Part shown: positions 50,971-64,000 of the stretch, one piece after another
Layout: each line of letters opens with the position of its first letter
Position numbering within the stretch: the stretch's first letter is position 1
Translations under genes and position numbers: made by a program
Notes under the pieces: model-generated
Told to the model about the DNA's origin: nothing
The model's input: only the letters and a program-made list of their open reading frames with translations
Databases searched by the model: none
Assembly (NCBI GenBank): GCA_050575255.1
Contig: JBNZDD010013726.1
Coordinates: forward strand, 4,175,036 to 4,239,035
Direction of reading: 5' to 3'
From: Harriotta raleighana
Lineage: Eukaryota
DNA: 64,000 nt

Positions 50971-51579
50971 TTACATTTACATTCAGTTGTCCATCTCTCA
51001 AACAAGTTCTACCATTCTAAGTTACGACTTCCTTTACTCAGTCATGAAAGTTTATGTTTCACCTTTGCCGCATCTTTAACAAATTGGTCAACGAATTCTA
51101 TGATGGAAGTACACCAGTACGCTTTTGTTGAATTATCAGTTTAGAAACACCTTATCAGTGGTAGGAACCAAGCAATTATTCACAGAGTTAAATGAGTAAT
51201 TTTTGGCAGTAATTACATCAGGTAAAAGAGAGAATCAATATTGCCCTCATCCCAAACCTTTGTAAACACCGCAAATTGTAAAACCTACAGAATGTATTTT
51301 ACCATTACACACACTGTGTTTTTTTTAATCTGTTATAACCAACCATAAAGGTGGTTTATAGTCTAATTCATATTGACTCAATTTCTGTACTGAAGCGTGG
51401 AGAAAAATGAATTCAAATCGTCTCATCAAAATTCTGTCTGCTACAGGCAGCAAAGTGAATTGATTCCAGCTTGTACAGGAAGGTAGATTTTAATTACTCT
51501 GAAATTGAGAGACGAGTTGGAAATGTACAGAAATCAGGAAAGATAAATTCTGTAAATAAACTGGTTTATTAGTCTGATT

Positions 51580-51646
51580 TCGCCTTGGGACGTCCTCCTG
51601 ACGTGAAACGCGCTCTATAAGTGTAATTTTGTTGTTGTTGTTGTTG
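51580..51646 (+). mobile_element. L2 extreme 3' tail stub
   Basis: cgccttgggacgtcctcctgacgtgaaacgcgctctataagtgtaatttt(GTT)n. Similar stubs at about 18671-18725 (-), 26970-27055 (-) and 37835-37900 (+). Confidence 0.85.
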
Positions 51647-51920
51647 TAACCATTCTAGACACATTCCCTCATGTGATGTTAATGTCTAGAATGCATTCTT
51701 AGGTCAATTTCACCTAAACCGTAACATTTTTTCCTTCAAATTATCCTGGTTCTATTATTACTGTACAAATAGCTATTTCTCCCAGATTTTCCATATAAAG
51801 ATTGAATTGAAAGTCCACACTAATATATTCTCTGGCTCATAACTGCAGTGCCAAGAACTCTGATGATTTGTAAGATGTTGTGGCTCAGACTGAGATCTTG
51901 GAAAATAAAACTTACCACTC

Positions 51921-52559
51921 AATTGTCTCCTTCACAAAGACGATCAGTTGGTCCTTTTATTTTTATTGACTCAATTACTGCAGAGCATTTTATAGTATTA
52001 CCTGTAATGTTATATATTATGTTAGGGATAGCATTATTCCTTGATAAGACTCCATGATAAAATATTTTATAGCATCCAAACAGAATGAGAACATTATCTT
52101 GAACATTAAAGACCCAAATGACACTGTTGTCATATAATATGGAGGCATGTCTATTAGTTCCTTTCTGTTAGTTCCTTTCTCTTTCTATGTTCATTTGAAC
52201 ATGAGAAGTTGTGTTCCATATTAATTTATTATCAATAATNAATTGTCTCCTTCACAAAGACGATCAGTTGGTCCTTTTATTTTTATTGACTCAATTACTG
52301 CAGAGCATTTTATAGTATTACCTGTAATGTTATATATTATGTTAGGGATAGCATTATTCCTTGATAAGACTCCATGATAAAATATTTTATAGCATCCAAA
52401 CAGAATGAGAACATTATCTTGAACATTAAAGACCCAAATGACACTGTTGTCATATAATATGGAGGCATGTCTATTAGTTCCTTTCTGTTAGTTCCTTTCT
52501 CTTTCTATATTCATTTGAACATGAGAAGTTGTGTTCCATATTAATTTATTATCAATAAT
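51921..52559. repeat. 319-bp tandem duplication separated by one N (probable assembly overlap)
   Basis: 51921-52239 is repeated at 52241-52559; I noticed only one difference (ctatgttc vs ctatattc). N at 52240. Confidence 0.85.
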
Positions 52560-54599
52560 AATTCATTAATAATCAATTATTGCAGAACTGTTGAAAATCA
52601 AGAATCACAGACCACTGTGGGAAATGAATGCACCTCATCCTGCAGATAGTGTATCCAAATTCTTGCCATCTATTCTTCATAGAAAATTGATGTGCTGCAA
52701 AATGCTCTCAGCATGATAGGACAGTATATAAAATGTAAAAATCCTATTACTGTATTATTGTTAGAATTATAACTTTAACGGCTGTGTCAGTTAATGACAA
52801 CTGTAGGTATATTGAGAAATCATGTGTTTGTAGAGATTTTCACTCCAGGCGTTGGATGTGGTACAGAAGTTAATTCAGCTATATAAATATAGGGTCCAAA
52901 TATTAGACTTACAATCCTACTACAGAATGTCTTAAATGTACGTGTGGCATGAAGCAGCAGAATATCAATACTGCACCTGCTTCTATATTATTAATATGTC
53001 CACTTCAATCCTTTCTATAAAAAGATTTTTGAAAAATATTGGAAAGTAGCCTCTCAGACTTTCTTGCCTTTCATGAACATGAACACGAGGGAATTGATGG
53101 TTCCGCTACATTGACCAAACAATAGATAGAGTGGATGCACAAAACCAGGCACAAATATCCCTTATTTTATGTTTTACATTAATTTCCCACTATCTTATTG
53201 GGCAATAGCCTGTTATCTATGGGTAAAGCTTCAGTGTTTCAATTTTAAAAAAAACTTTCATCTAGATTTATTTTTGTGCTTTTGTACTTTGTGATCTAAT
53301 TAGGAAAATTGTTGGCAGCTGAGGAAGAGACAAGCAATCGTGAACATCCTATGGGCACAGCAGGCACTCAATATCTAGTTGAGTAACATTGCATCCAATT
53401 GTTAGTGGAATTGTAGTGAATGTGTATTCAATCCTGGATAATCTAGTGATAAATACATTTCTGAATCTATGGTGAAATAGTAACATCTGTGTCCAATAGA
53501 AGTGTTATCTATTATTCAGTAGATGCATCATGCTTTTCATCCTTGGCAATCCAACAAGAACACAACTCAGCCAGCTTTTTGGAAGCAGCTATCTGATGCC
53601 GCGGCTTTTAAAACCTGCAACTCTTGCATTAAAATGATGTACCATAGTCTCGACGCACCTCAGAAGTCTATTAGAGATAATATTTTCCCATCTCAATTGT
53701 TGCCCCATGTTTGTGTCACAAGGAGTAGACTATCCGCATCCAGTTAGCTACAGTGTAAGATAGTGCTATGCACAAATTGGCCTCTGTCTTGCCCACAAAA
53801 TAGTCACTACAATTCACAGTAAAATCCTATGAAAGGCTTTCAGATATCTAGAAGACATGATCAGGCTCTAGATCAAATGCAAGAATTATCATGACCCAAA
53901 GTCCAATCCGATTCTACAAGGTAGACATGGAAACAGAAAATGGTGACACAAATGCCAAAATCACAGTTTATGGGTTACCTTCAGTCATAATAAAACAGTA
54001 AAACTGTTTACTTCTTTTCAAGCCATTTCACTTCATCAAAATGTCACTGTATTAACAAACCACTGGTTCAATTCAGTGGTATTGACTGACTGTTCCATGA
54101 TGTGGAGAAAACAACAAGTTCAGCTGCAATAACCAATCACTGCTTATAAAAACTAATAGTCAACCTGTCAGACAGACCAAGATATCTAACCCAATACTTC
54201 TATTTCTAGCCACCTGTGTCTTCAATCAGATGATTTATTATGTATATTTTGCTGTCCTTTTTTATCTTGTTTCATTCCACAGTATCGGGGGATTTGTGTA
54301 CATACTTCCCTAGATATATTAAAAAATGCACAGTTGTATTCAGAGGGAAAGCAGCATTACTCAACTTAAGCTATAGAAATTAATCAGTCCTCTTTTCAAG
54401 GCACATCATGTTAATTTCCTCATGTGTTCCTATTGTCATTCAACTAAGGCTTCTTCTGTACTTATCATAAAACTACTATAGCAAACATATTAAGATCCTC
54501 ATCATAGATAAATATTTTTCAACTTAAAGTTCATGAGGTAGCTGCTCCTATTGTTTTTTTATGTAAGGGGCAGCAATATTTAAAGTCCTCTACGGCCTC

Positions 54600-55187
54600 G
54601 CCCCACTTTACATCCGTGACCTTCTAACCTCTGCCCTACCATTGCCGGGCGATCCTTTAGCCACTCTGCCCCCAACCTCTGGAACTCCATCCCACAGTCC
54701 CTCCCCGGTTTCCTTCAAGTTCCGCTCCTCTTCGATGATCCCATCGGCTATTCCTAATGCCCCTGTTCCCTCCCCACTGCCTGTCCCCAGCTCGGGTCTG
54801 AAACAATAATAAAAAGAATAATCCATTTGATATAGCGCATTTCACATCTTATCGACGTGGCAAAGCGCTTCACAGAATGTACTGTATATTTCTGAGCGAA
54901 ACAGGCCAACCGATTGTGCACAGCAGTGTCCCACAAACAGTCATGGATTGAAAATGACCAATTTTTATTATTGTTTTTTTGGGGGTCAGATTATTATTAG
55001 GTGTGTGGAGTAAGGAAACTTGCCCACTATTTCGTCCTGATCTGCCTGGATTCGAACACAGGTCTAACACTTGTAAGGCGAGTGCTCCAACCATTGAGCT
55101 ACAGGAACTCCACAATGACTGTCAGGGCCTTGGGACATCCTCCTGACATGAAAGGTGCTCTACAAGGGTAATTTTGGTGTAGTTGTT
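54600..55187 (+). mobile_element. L2 3' end interrupted by a SINE
   Basis: L2 ORF2 end and UTR run to ctcgggtctgaa, then resume at gactgtcagggccttgggacatcctcctgacatgaaagg. Confidence 0.85.
54808..55111 (-). mobile_element. tRNA-derived SINE inserted into L2 tail
   Basis: Full SINE; ACAAT on both sides (54803-54807 and 55112-55116), part of which may belong to the SINE ends. Confidence 0.9.
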
Positions 55188-58100
55188 TATCTTTTTTTTA
55201 AAAAGTGTCTGTTTGGTGAAAATTATACTAATAATAATCCTTCCATTTGATATAGTGCCTCGTTATGTCTTTTCTTGTACTTTGGTAGTGCATCCATGTC
55301 AAATCTCCACCAGAGGCTTTTATTTTTGCAATGGTATTTAAGTTGAGCTATTCAATCACAACCTTTACAAAGCACCCAACAAGTCATCATGCCCTCTCAG
55401 CCTTAAAAGACTCTTCAATTCAAAAACAAAACAAACAGAAAAAGGACTTTTATTGAGAATAGGCAAACAAGAGAAACATGTTTCATTCTAGCTGCTTATC
55501 CTGAGGTTGAAAATGCAAAAAATGCTTCAACCACAAAGTTTAAAAGGGAAGAGTATTAAAACATGGCAGCTTGAATTAAGCTACTCCTTTATAATACTAA
55601 GACTTTGCAGCAAAGAAAAAATGCTATTCTCTTTAGTCCATTGGCTATCTTTCTTCTTTAAGTGACCTTATTTTCTCTCAGATTTTTCAGAAAACCATAT
55701 TTGCACGGATTGCCCTGACAGGGTATGATGGACAGCCCACATTATATAATTGAACTGGAGATGAAAAATGGCACTTTTACTCCAGCTGTGAGCAGCTCAT
55801 TCCCACCGGCTCCAGAGATATTACCAGCCAATAAGATGTATGTGTATATTTACCAGTTGCAGTTTATCTACCGGAACGCAAGATATTACTGTGCACAAAA
55901 CTGAATTACATACTGAATTTAGGTTGCCCAGCTCAGCAGTTTGCCAAGCCATCTAGCTGGATCCTATTTGTATGTATTGCAAATTTGATTCTGGTCTGAC
56001 ATATGGCCTACTGCACTGATCAATAACTTACTTTTTTGTTGCAACAAAAACTGCTTTTTATCTACGTCCAGTAGTCCACCTGAATATAGGCAGCAACAAC
56101 TGAACTGAAACACCCTAAGGCTCTCCATGGCATATTTATTACTGGCAAAAATAAACTGTTCCCTTGTTAAATTCATCCCAAATTTTATAAATTGCATGTG
56201 AAGGCTCACTGTTGGCGCAACTACATTTCATTACTTTGCTGTGGAGTTGGATTGAATTGCATACACTTTATACATTTATGTTTGACAGCTTCTCTGTAGA
56301 TTTAAATGTTTAAAATATTTTGGAGGGCTTGTGGTGTATCTACTTTTTCAAGGTTAGTTATTCTTGGTAAATTCGGTTATTTCCATGTTAGGATCCAGTA
56401 TCTATATCTTACATTCTGAACTGAGACTGGAAATCTCCCTTTATCCTAGAATTTCCACCATCTGCAATAAAAATAACTGTCCCCAGTGACAGCAGAACCA
56501 GTTGGACAAGGGTAGACTTCCCTCTTCACCTACTCCGTCTTCCTTTACCCAGCTTTGCCATTTTCTCTCTTCGCAATGGGACACTGCTTTGCACAATTGA
56601 CTGCCGCGTTTCACCCACAAATGACAGTCAATTCACTTTACAGAATATTTTGAGACGTCTAGAAGACGTGAAAAGCACTACATCAAATAAAAGGATGATT
56701 ACTATTATTATGATGAATCTAGTGAGTACATAGAAATTACACATGTGATGTAGAGTTTTACAGCTTCAAACAAAGACCTGAAATTTATTATTCTGTGTCA
56801 TGCACATACCCCTTGTCTGGGGCAGACTCTTGATGTTTGGAACAGTGGACTTTGCAATTGCAGTATGTTTGTTAGTTTGTTACAATAATAAATAACATTT
56901 GGAACACACTTTTAAAAATCATCTAAAAAAACATTTTTTTAGAAAGCGCTCCAAGATGTTATGTCACACTTAATATATAAAATGCTATTATCATAACATC
57001 AGTTGACCAACTTAATTGGTCTCCAGTTGTTAAATTATTATATTTTGTCTTTGTCTCCTGAACTACAGCCACCCTCATCATCATTGTTAGATCTCATTTG
57101 GTCTCTCATTGATTGGTCCGGAGCTGCTGCAAAAGAGAAGTGATATTATTGCTGTTTCTGCAAAGGCCTTTAAGCCATTAAAACAGTAGCAAATCTGTCA
57201 AACCAAGGTCACTGCTTACAGTTCTGATTGATAATGTTATTTTGATGGCTAATCTTTCTTCAATACCTCAGTCACTTGAGGCTCGCACATACTGCTGGAC
57301 AGCACAGCCAAAGGAGATGTATGCATTTTTAAACAACCTTGTTTGAGATTTCAAAAAAATCAAAGTATCAGACCTCCTGGGGAAAACATTTAAAAAGATA
57401 AAAAGTGAGTAAAACAACATTTAATTTCAGGATAAAGATTTTTTCCTGTAAAAATTAGTCGGGGATGGTTTGAAAGTGAAGGTGACAGCTAAGGTTTGAA
57501 GATGTTACAACTAATTTTCAAACTCTGAAGCTAAAGTGTCCAAAAGAAAATGAGATGAGGTTGTATTAAACAAGAAATTATAAGAAGGTGAAATTTCAAA
57601 CTACTAACTATGTATATCAACTCAATGTTCAGAACCACTGAACTCATAAAAAACAACAACCAACCAGCTGTATCTATGTATAAAATATTGGTGGTTGGAA
57701 ATGATTAATTTTCTTACATTGTTGGTTTTGGTCAGGTATACGTACCCTCCACATTAGAGCATACAGGCTTCTCCATTTCTGATGAAGACAAATTATTCAC
57801 CTACTTTTAGATGTTGCTGGATTTGCTGTTAATTTCCAGAATGTTAATGATTTTCAGATTCCGACTGTGTTCAGTTCAGTGAAGCTTATATCATAATAAT
57901 CCTTGCATTTGATTTTGCGCTTTTCACATCACCAAGATATATCAAAGCACATCACGGAAATTTGCTGCAATATTGTGTGACTGTGTATTGTACTTTGCTT
58001 TCATATATTTAGTGAAGGTTGAACAATCAAATTAAAATATTGTAACCAAAACATTGCTTGTTTTCAGTGTATTGTTAACACATTAAATATCTTCGGCAAA

Positions 58101-61100
58101 TTACTGACAGATTTACAAGTATCTGTGTTCAATTCCAGTCACCTTAAAATGTACTGTATATAGATAGGAAGAGATACAGTTTTGGACATGGAAATAAAGT
58201 AGATATTTTCAAATATGGATAGTCAACAACACATTTTAGAACTTCAATCGATATATTAATTAAACTTAAATAGATATATTAATTAAACTATTCCATCACT
58301 GCATCGGAAGGCTTTGTCCAAAAACAATACTGAAATGATTTTGTATTTTTCAAAAGAATGTCACTGCACCACATTAGTTAAAGATTCCTATCAACTACAC
58401 TTGTCTTCATAATCACTTAAGACATGTATGATGAGTAAATGCATACTCCATTGTCATAGCCACCAGTTCAATGAAGGAATGTTCAGATAACCTCTCTTGA
58501 AGTGTCACTGACTGTATTAAGTGTGATGCTGATTCAGCAACTGCTTCATTATGAATTCAGTCACTGTTGATTTTAAAAGTTGAGGTCAAAAAAGCCATGT
58601 TATTGACTTTCTAGCACAGTAAGCATTATACAAACAAGGGTCAGCAAATGTACATAAATAATACTGACATGGTTTGTAAAGCCTGCATAAGGAGAACTTT
58701 GTTGAATCTGAACAAAAACTATTAAAGTGAAAACCAAATCTTTCAATAATGTAACGTGATGTTTAGATCTTTATATTTGTGCCTGTATGTCGCTGACCTA
58801 ACAAATGTCCTATGCAAATACATTATATATGCACTAGCTTGTTGAACCAATACTGAGTGTAATCTCGTTCATCTTCAGACATTGACAGCTGAAATGCCAG
58901 CAAGGACACCGTCAGTGTAGCTATAGTTCAATTCCTGTTTCTTTTGGTGGGCAATTTCGATGACCTTAGAACAGAGACCTGGCAGAAATGTTATTCACTC
59001 AATCATAGTTTAAATTAAAGTTGTGAGCTGTTGTGAATCATTGTTTCTCACTGAACTTACAAACAGATTTGAAATATCAGATAAAGCTGCTCACTGGTGC
59101 TTATATGTTTAGATTTATATTCTATTGCCGTCTTCATAGTCTCAAGAGCACTTTTCACTGAACTTCTGTTTCTGGCTTCATGCTCCAAATCCTTGCTATT
59201 TATTTCTATTTTCTATAATTCTAACACTCAAGCACTCCGAGATGCTAGCCCATGAGAAGGATGGTTTATAAATGCAGGTTGTTGTAGTTGTACAATTCTA
59301 GGAAGATTTTTGTCCATGCAAGAATTACAATGTACTGATATTGCATTGGATCTCAATGAGTTTAACCCAGAAATTGTAAACTAAATACAGTATTGTGTTT
59401 TCTCAATTTAGATTGTTCTATGATTAATATTTATCAGAAGAGCATCAAACCTTTACTTTCCATCTTACTTTCATAATAAATATCTATCAACACGAATAGT
59501 TGTTACATCTGCTTAAATGGTAGACTAAAAATATTTTAATTTACATTACCCCATAAATAACCTCTTGATATCTACAGTATCTGAACTTTTCAGATAATGT
59601 GGAAATCTACACAATTAAAAACATGTAAGGACTCGCTGAGTACATTTTGGGACACTTAAATATTCACCTTTTTAGTTATGAGCATTTAAGAAATTGGATA
59701 AAATATTGTCAAACAAAAATGCCCGGGAAATAGAGAAAAATAAGATCCTGGAAATAGTTGCACAAAGACGTACAGATCAAACATAAACCACATCCCTGCT
59801 GTTATTGATATAATCAACCATCCAGGAATATATATGGAAATGTGTTCCCAGCCCCAGAAGTATCTCTAACAGCAATGATCTGAATCTTTAAGTAATAAAA
59901 ATTAAATATTAAAACTCCTGTAATGCCAGCATGGATATTTTCAATCGGCTTAAGTATAGTCCAATTTATTATGTAAATTTGACTCCAAAGTAAATCTGGA
60001 GTGAAATTTAACTCCATCCTATCAAGTATCATCACATCATCAGACCACGAACTATAGTAGAAATGTACCTCTCCAGCCATGTGTTTCACATCGAGCCAAC
60101 GCGCTGTAAATGTGGTTCTTAAGTGACACTGAAGTCTGCTTTTGATCCACACCAATTGTCTTCAGACCACAGGGAATGTTATTCAGTGACATGACTTGAC
60201 TTGACAGCTCTTCTTTTATCACTGCGGGATTACTGTAGTTTTTCTTTGCAAGGAGAGTGACTTCTCCATCACAAAACATTCCTTACATTTAAATAGATTA
60301 GAAATTAGACTAGCAGATGGATCCCAGTAGTCTCTTCTGATCTTGTACCTTTGTACATTCCTTTAGAAACCTAACAATAATGGGAATAACGATAGTATGA
60401 CCATGAGAATCTAGAGGAGACACTGGCACGAGGTTATCAAGAACTCTTACTTCTCTAGCTTAGTTTTAGAACCTTTACGAGCCATTTCTTTCATTGTTAA
60501 TTAATGATGGAATTAAATGAAGCCTCAAACCTCTAAAGGTATTGGAATTGTCTTATTGATGGACGAGCAGAGAGAAAGAGAAAGGCATATTCTGGTTCCT
60601 GAATGCAAATCAGAGAAAATGTATTGGCCAATCACTTGGGAAATATTTGGAAATCTTGAGTCTTATTGGAGCAATGATATACCCCAAATTAGAGCTTCCA
60701 GCGTTGAAAACTGCTGTTGGCAAAGGTGTAAATACCTTATCTACCAACACCGGCATGAAGAGTTTTTCCCCATGAGATGCAGGAAGAATGCTGTGTCAGT
60801 AAAATCTACTCTGCATTCCGTGGGGAGCGCACAAATATCTGGGTACTCATTTACGTTGTCTAAGCATTGAAAAACACTTTGCCATCATTTGTGTTGTTTG
60901 TGCACTGAGACGAAGGGGACATACATCACATTAAATAGTTCTTGTAAAGTTAAAACAAACTGTGGAGTTGGCTGAATTCACGGAATGAAGGTCACTATAA
61001 TGTTTTACTTTAATGTTCACTCAAAATCTGCACTTCAATCAAGCAGGTTTTGTCTGGATACATACCAAATGTGACTCCTGAAGCTGAAAATATATTGACT

Positions 61101-61215
61101 CCTGATACAGAATGTGAGAATTTATTATCAGCCAGCATTGATCCCAAATGCACACACATTCTTCCACTTGTTTTTAGGACAAAGGTTCTGAACTAGAGTG
61201 CACCATTTTAATATT

Positions 61216-62166
61216 GTGGAGTCTTGTAGCTTAGTGTTAGAGCACTCGCCTGGCGAGGAGAGACTTGGTTTTGATTCCTGACAGAGTGAAACCTTAGGCC
61301 ACTTCCTCACTTCATAACCCTGATGATAATCCCTTAAGAAAAAAAATTATAAAATTGGTCACTTCAAATCACGACTGTTTGTGGGATACTGCTGTACGCA
61401 ATTGGCTGCCCCGTTTCACCTATAAATAAATGTAAGTAAACCTTTGAGGGTGGCAGGACAGGTAGATAAGGCTGTTAAAAAAGCGTATGGGAAACTAGGC
61501 TTTATAAATCGGGGCAAAGAGTACAAAAGTCTGGAAGTTATGAATAACCTGTATAAAACGTTGCTTAAGCCCCAGTTAGAGTACTATGTCCAGTTCTGGT
61601 CACCACACTTTAGGAAGGATGTTAAGGCAATGGAAAGGATGCAGATGAGATTTACCAGGATGGTACCAGGAATGAGGGACTCCAGATATGAAGAAAGGCT
61701 AGAGAGGCTAGGATTATCCTGGAGCAGAGAAGATTATGAGGAGACCTAATAAAGGTTTTCAAATTCATGAGGGAATTCGATAGGGGAAATGTGGAAAACT
61801 GTTTCCATTGGTGGGTATGTCAGTGACTCGAGGTCACCCATTTAAAATAGTTTCTAAAAGAATAAGAGAAGAAAAACAATTTTTCACACAGCAAGTTGTT
61901 CGATTTTGGAATGCATTGCCTGAAAGGGTAGTGGAAACCGATTCGATAATAACATTTATGAGAGGTGGATGGTTCTTTGGTGAGGGATGGGTTTGCAGAG
62001 TTATGGGGAGAGAGCTGGAAATGGGATTGATTTTGAATAGCTCTTTTCAAAGAGCCGGCACAGACTTGATTAGCCGAATGGCTTTCTTTAGTGCTGTAAA
62101 ATTCTATGATTCTATGAATATACAGTCAATTCACTTTACAGTAAGGATTATTATTATATTATTATA
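61216..62166 (+). mobile_element. tRNA-derived SINE split by a CR1 insertion
   Basis: Head and body at 61216-61428 end in ccgtttcacctataaata; the SINE resumes at 62117 with aatatacagtcaattcactttacagt...ggattattatta. Confidence 0.88.
61429..62116 (+). mobile_element. CR1 LINE 3' portion
   Basis: LYKTLLKPQLEYYVQFWSPHFRKDV...TRGHPFKI...FFTQQVVRFWNALP; (ATTCTATG)n tail; AATA flanks both ends. Confidence 0.93.
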
Positions 62167-62549
62167 AAAACTAGAATGTCCAGAATGGAGATTAGGAGGA
62201 ATTGTTTCACACAGAGAGTGATAAAAGTCAGTTGTTGGGGCGAAAACCATGTACACATTCAAAAAAAAGCCTTTGCACATGGTTGAGGGAGAATAGGGTT
62301 GAGGGGAAAAGGCTAGAATATGGGACTGGGGATAAAATCTGGGTTAGGCAATTGACTAGACTGGATGGGTCAATGGCCTGTTTCTGACCTGTATTTTCAA
62401 TGAATTTAAAAGCAAATTGAACTTTAAAAATGTAACAATTCGTAACAGATTCACTGTGCCAATTGTGGAATTTCACGTGCTTCACACCTCTATGCTGTTG
62501 TTCATCAGGTACTGAATGCCAAATTTCTTGCAAAATATATACTGTATAA

Positions 62550-62640
62550 TATTTGATGTAGTGCTTTTCATGTCTTTTAGGTGTCTCAAAGCACTTCACA
62601 GAATATACTGTAAATTGAATTGACTGTATAATTGAGGGCA
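62550..62640 (-). mobile_element. SINE 3' tail fragment
   Basis: atttgatgtagtgcttttcatgtc...aagcacttcacagaatatactgtaaattgaattgactgtata. Similar tail-only pieces at about 25600-25790, 34825-34980, 36375-36490, 43494-43585, 53765-53890, 56575-56710 and 57893-57990. Confidence 0.8.
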
Positions 62641-64000
62641 ATATATTATGTATATGTATGTGTATGTGTGTTCAATAACTATCACAATGCATAGTTTCGA
62701 AGAATTGGACCTTAAATGTATTGTGAGTCATTCAAAGTGTACAAAATTGTACCATCCCATAATATTGTTTTGGAATACAATGGATAGATATGGATTTTTA
62801 TTTAAAAGAATAGTTACCCTGAACAAATTCATATGTCAAATGGCATAAAGTTTAGTGTAGATCCATGGGAAGAATCCAAAGTTCTCTTGCCCTTGGCTAC
62901 TCTGTTCAATGTTAGAAATGTTAGTGACAGCTGACAAACTATTCACCCAAAAAGAGAGGCTAGCTCAAGTCTAGATTTTACATTAAATGACTGCTTCTGA
63001 TGTGCAACCTTCGAAAAATAATCATTTAATATACACCCAAGAGCCTAAATGTTATCAATTGACAAGCACCGAGGCTGTCTGCTGAACCATACAAAAAGGG
63101 CTGGTCATATGATATGTTAAATAAAGTGTTCTTCACCCAAAGCATGGAAAGCTGTTTCCACCTATCTTTAAATGCAGCAGCAATTGAATCACTTCATGTT
63201 CTTCGCCTAATGTTTTGGCCAGCATAAAAGCAACTGAGAATTTTGCTTCAACAAACATACACATTTATTTTTATAATTTTGTATAAGGTTTGGTAGTGGG
63301 TGATGTAAATAGAGAGAATGGGAGTTCAGCTCCTTGATTGGTGTGGCACTAATGGAACTTACCAGGATCTGAAACCTATATCTAATTTACAATACACTTC
63401 AGTTGTAACCTTAGGGTAAAGTGGACTTCACTTTAGTGATTACCACTTGCATTAATCATTCAGTTTATAATATTTAAACCGTGGTTGGTTCTCAGTGTGC
63501 TCTGAACATGCATAATCATAAATAAACTGCACAAGAATTTTTAATTTTTACAATTTTATGAGTTGGAATTCATCTGGTAATGACTCATTTTGCAAATGGC
63601 TGATTTGGTTCCGTTAACCTGTGCCAGACTTTCCAACTCACATTATTACATTACATTAGGTTCATTATGACATTCCAACTTATTCTGCAGTGAACTGCAT
63701 ATTATGAAGTAAAGGTCAGAATTTGTTCATGTAGGTGGGGAAGAGGTGAGGGGGAGAGGGGAGGAAATGGGAGGAAGGAGAGAATCTTCAAGAAACAGGA
63801 TGGTCTCTATTAATCCCTTTAATAGGACACAGCCTACCTATAAGTGGATTAAGGAAGAAAACCAAGAGAGTGTAATAAGGTTTTAAAAAAAATGCACAAC
63901 CAAAACAAAAGTAACAGCCTAGAGTATTTTGCAATGTCTGAGTTTATCCAAACAATGCCATGTTAGGTGCTTCTCTAGTTTCTTTTCAAACATACTTTCA

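Noticed and set aside
51921-52559. 319-bp near-perfect tandem duplication
   Set aside because: The copies are separated by a single N, the pattern of an unmerged contig or haplotype overlap.
59814-60870. ORFs of 75-117 aa in unique sequence
   Set aside because: No recognisable domain or convincing splice-site pair.
63735-63780. G-rich purine tract with G-quadruplex potential
   Set aside because: Low-complexity tract with long loops and no supporting context.
1-64000. Prokaryotic-type systems (CRISPR arrays, operons, defence islands)
   Set aside because: No regularly spaced repeat-spacer array or gene-dense coding structure; the window is vertebrate-type non-coding DNA.

Overview
AT-rich, repeat-dense eukaryotic DNA with no intact host protein-coding gene that I can recognise; it reads as a large intron or intergenic block. 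The repeat content suggests a cartilaginous fish, possibly a holocephalan such as Callorhinchus (inference only). It includes an abundant tRNA-derived SINE with an L2-type tail, older Deu-domain and AmnSINE2-like SINEs, many L2 and CR1 LINE relics, an L1-like RT relic, Penelope-like terminal repeats and a TA-flanked Tigger-type MITE. Most ORFs in the supplied track are repeat-derived or chance ORFs. Notable observations: (1) a three-copy composite non-autonomous retroelement ending in the L2 3' stem-loop, one copy of which carries a decayed histone H2B coding fragment; (2) the two longest L2 copies both split the tRNA head of a SINE; (3) Penelope-like ends whose consensus rebuilds a minimal hammerhead-ribozyme core; (4) two unexplained inverted-repeat structures. 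Boundaries of old repeats are approximate and family names come from remembered consensus motifs, not a database search.
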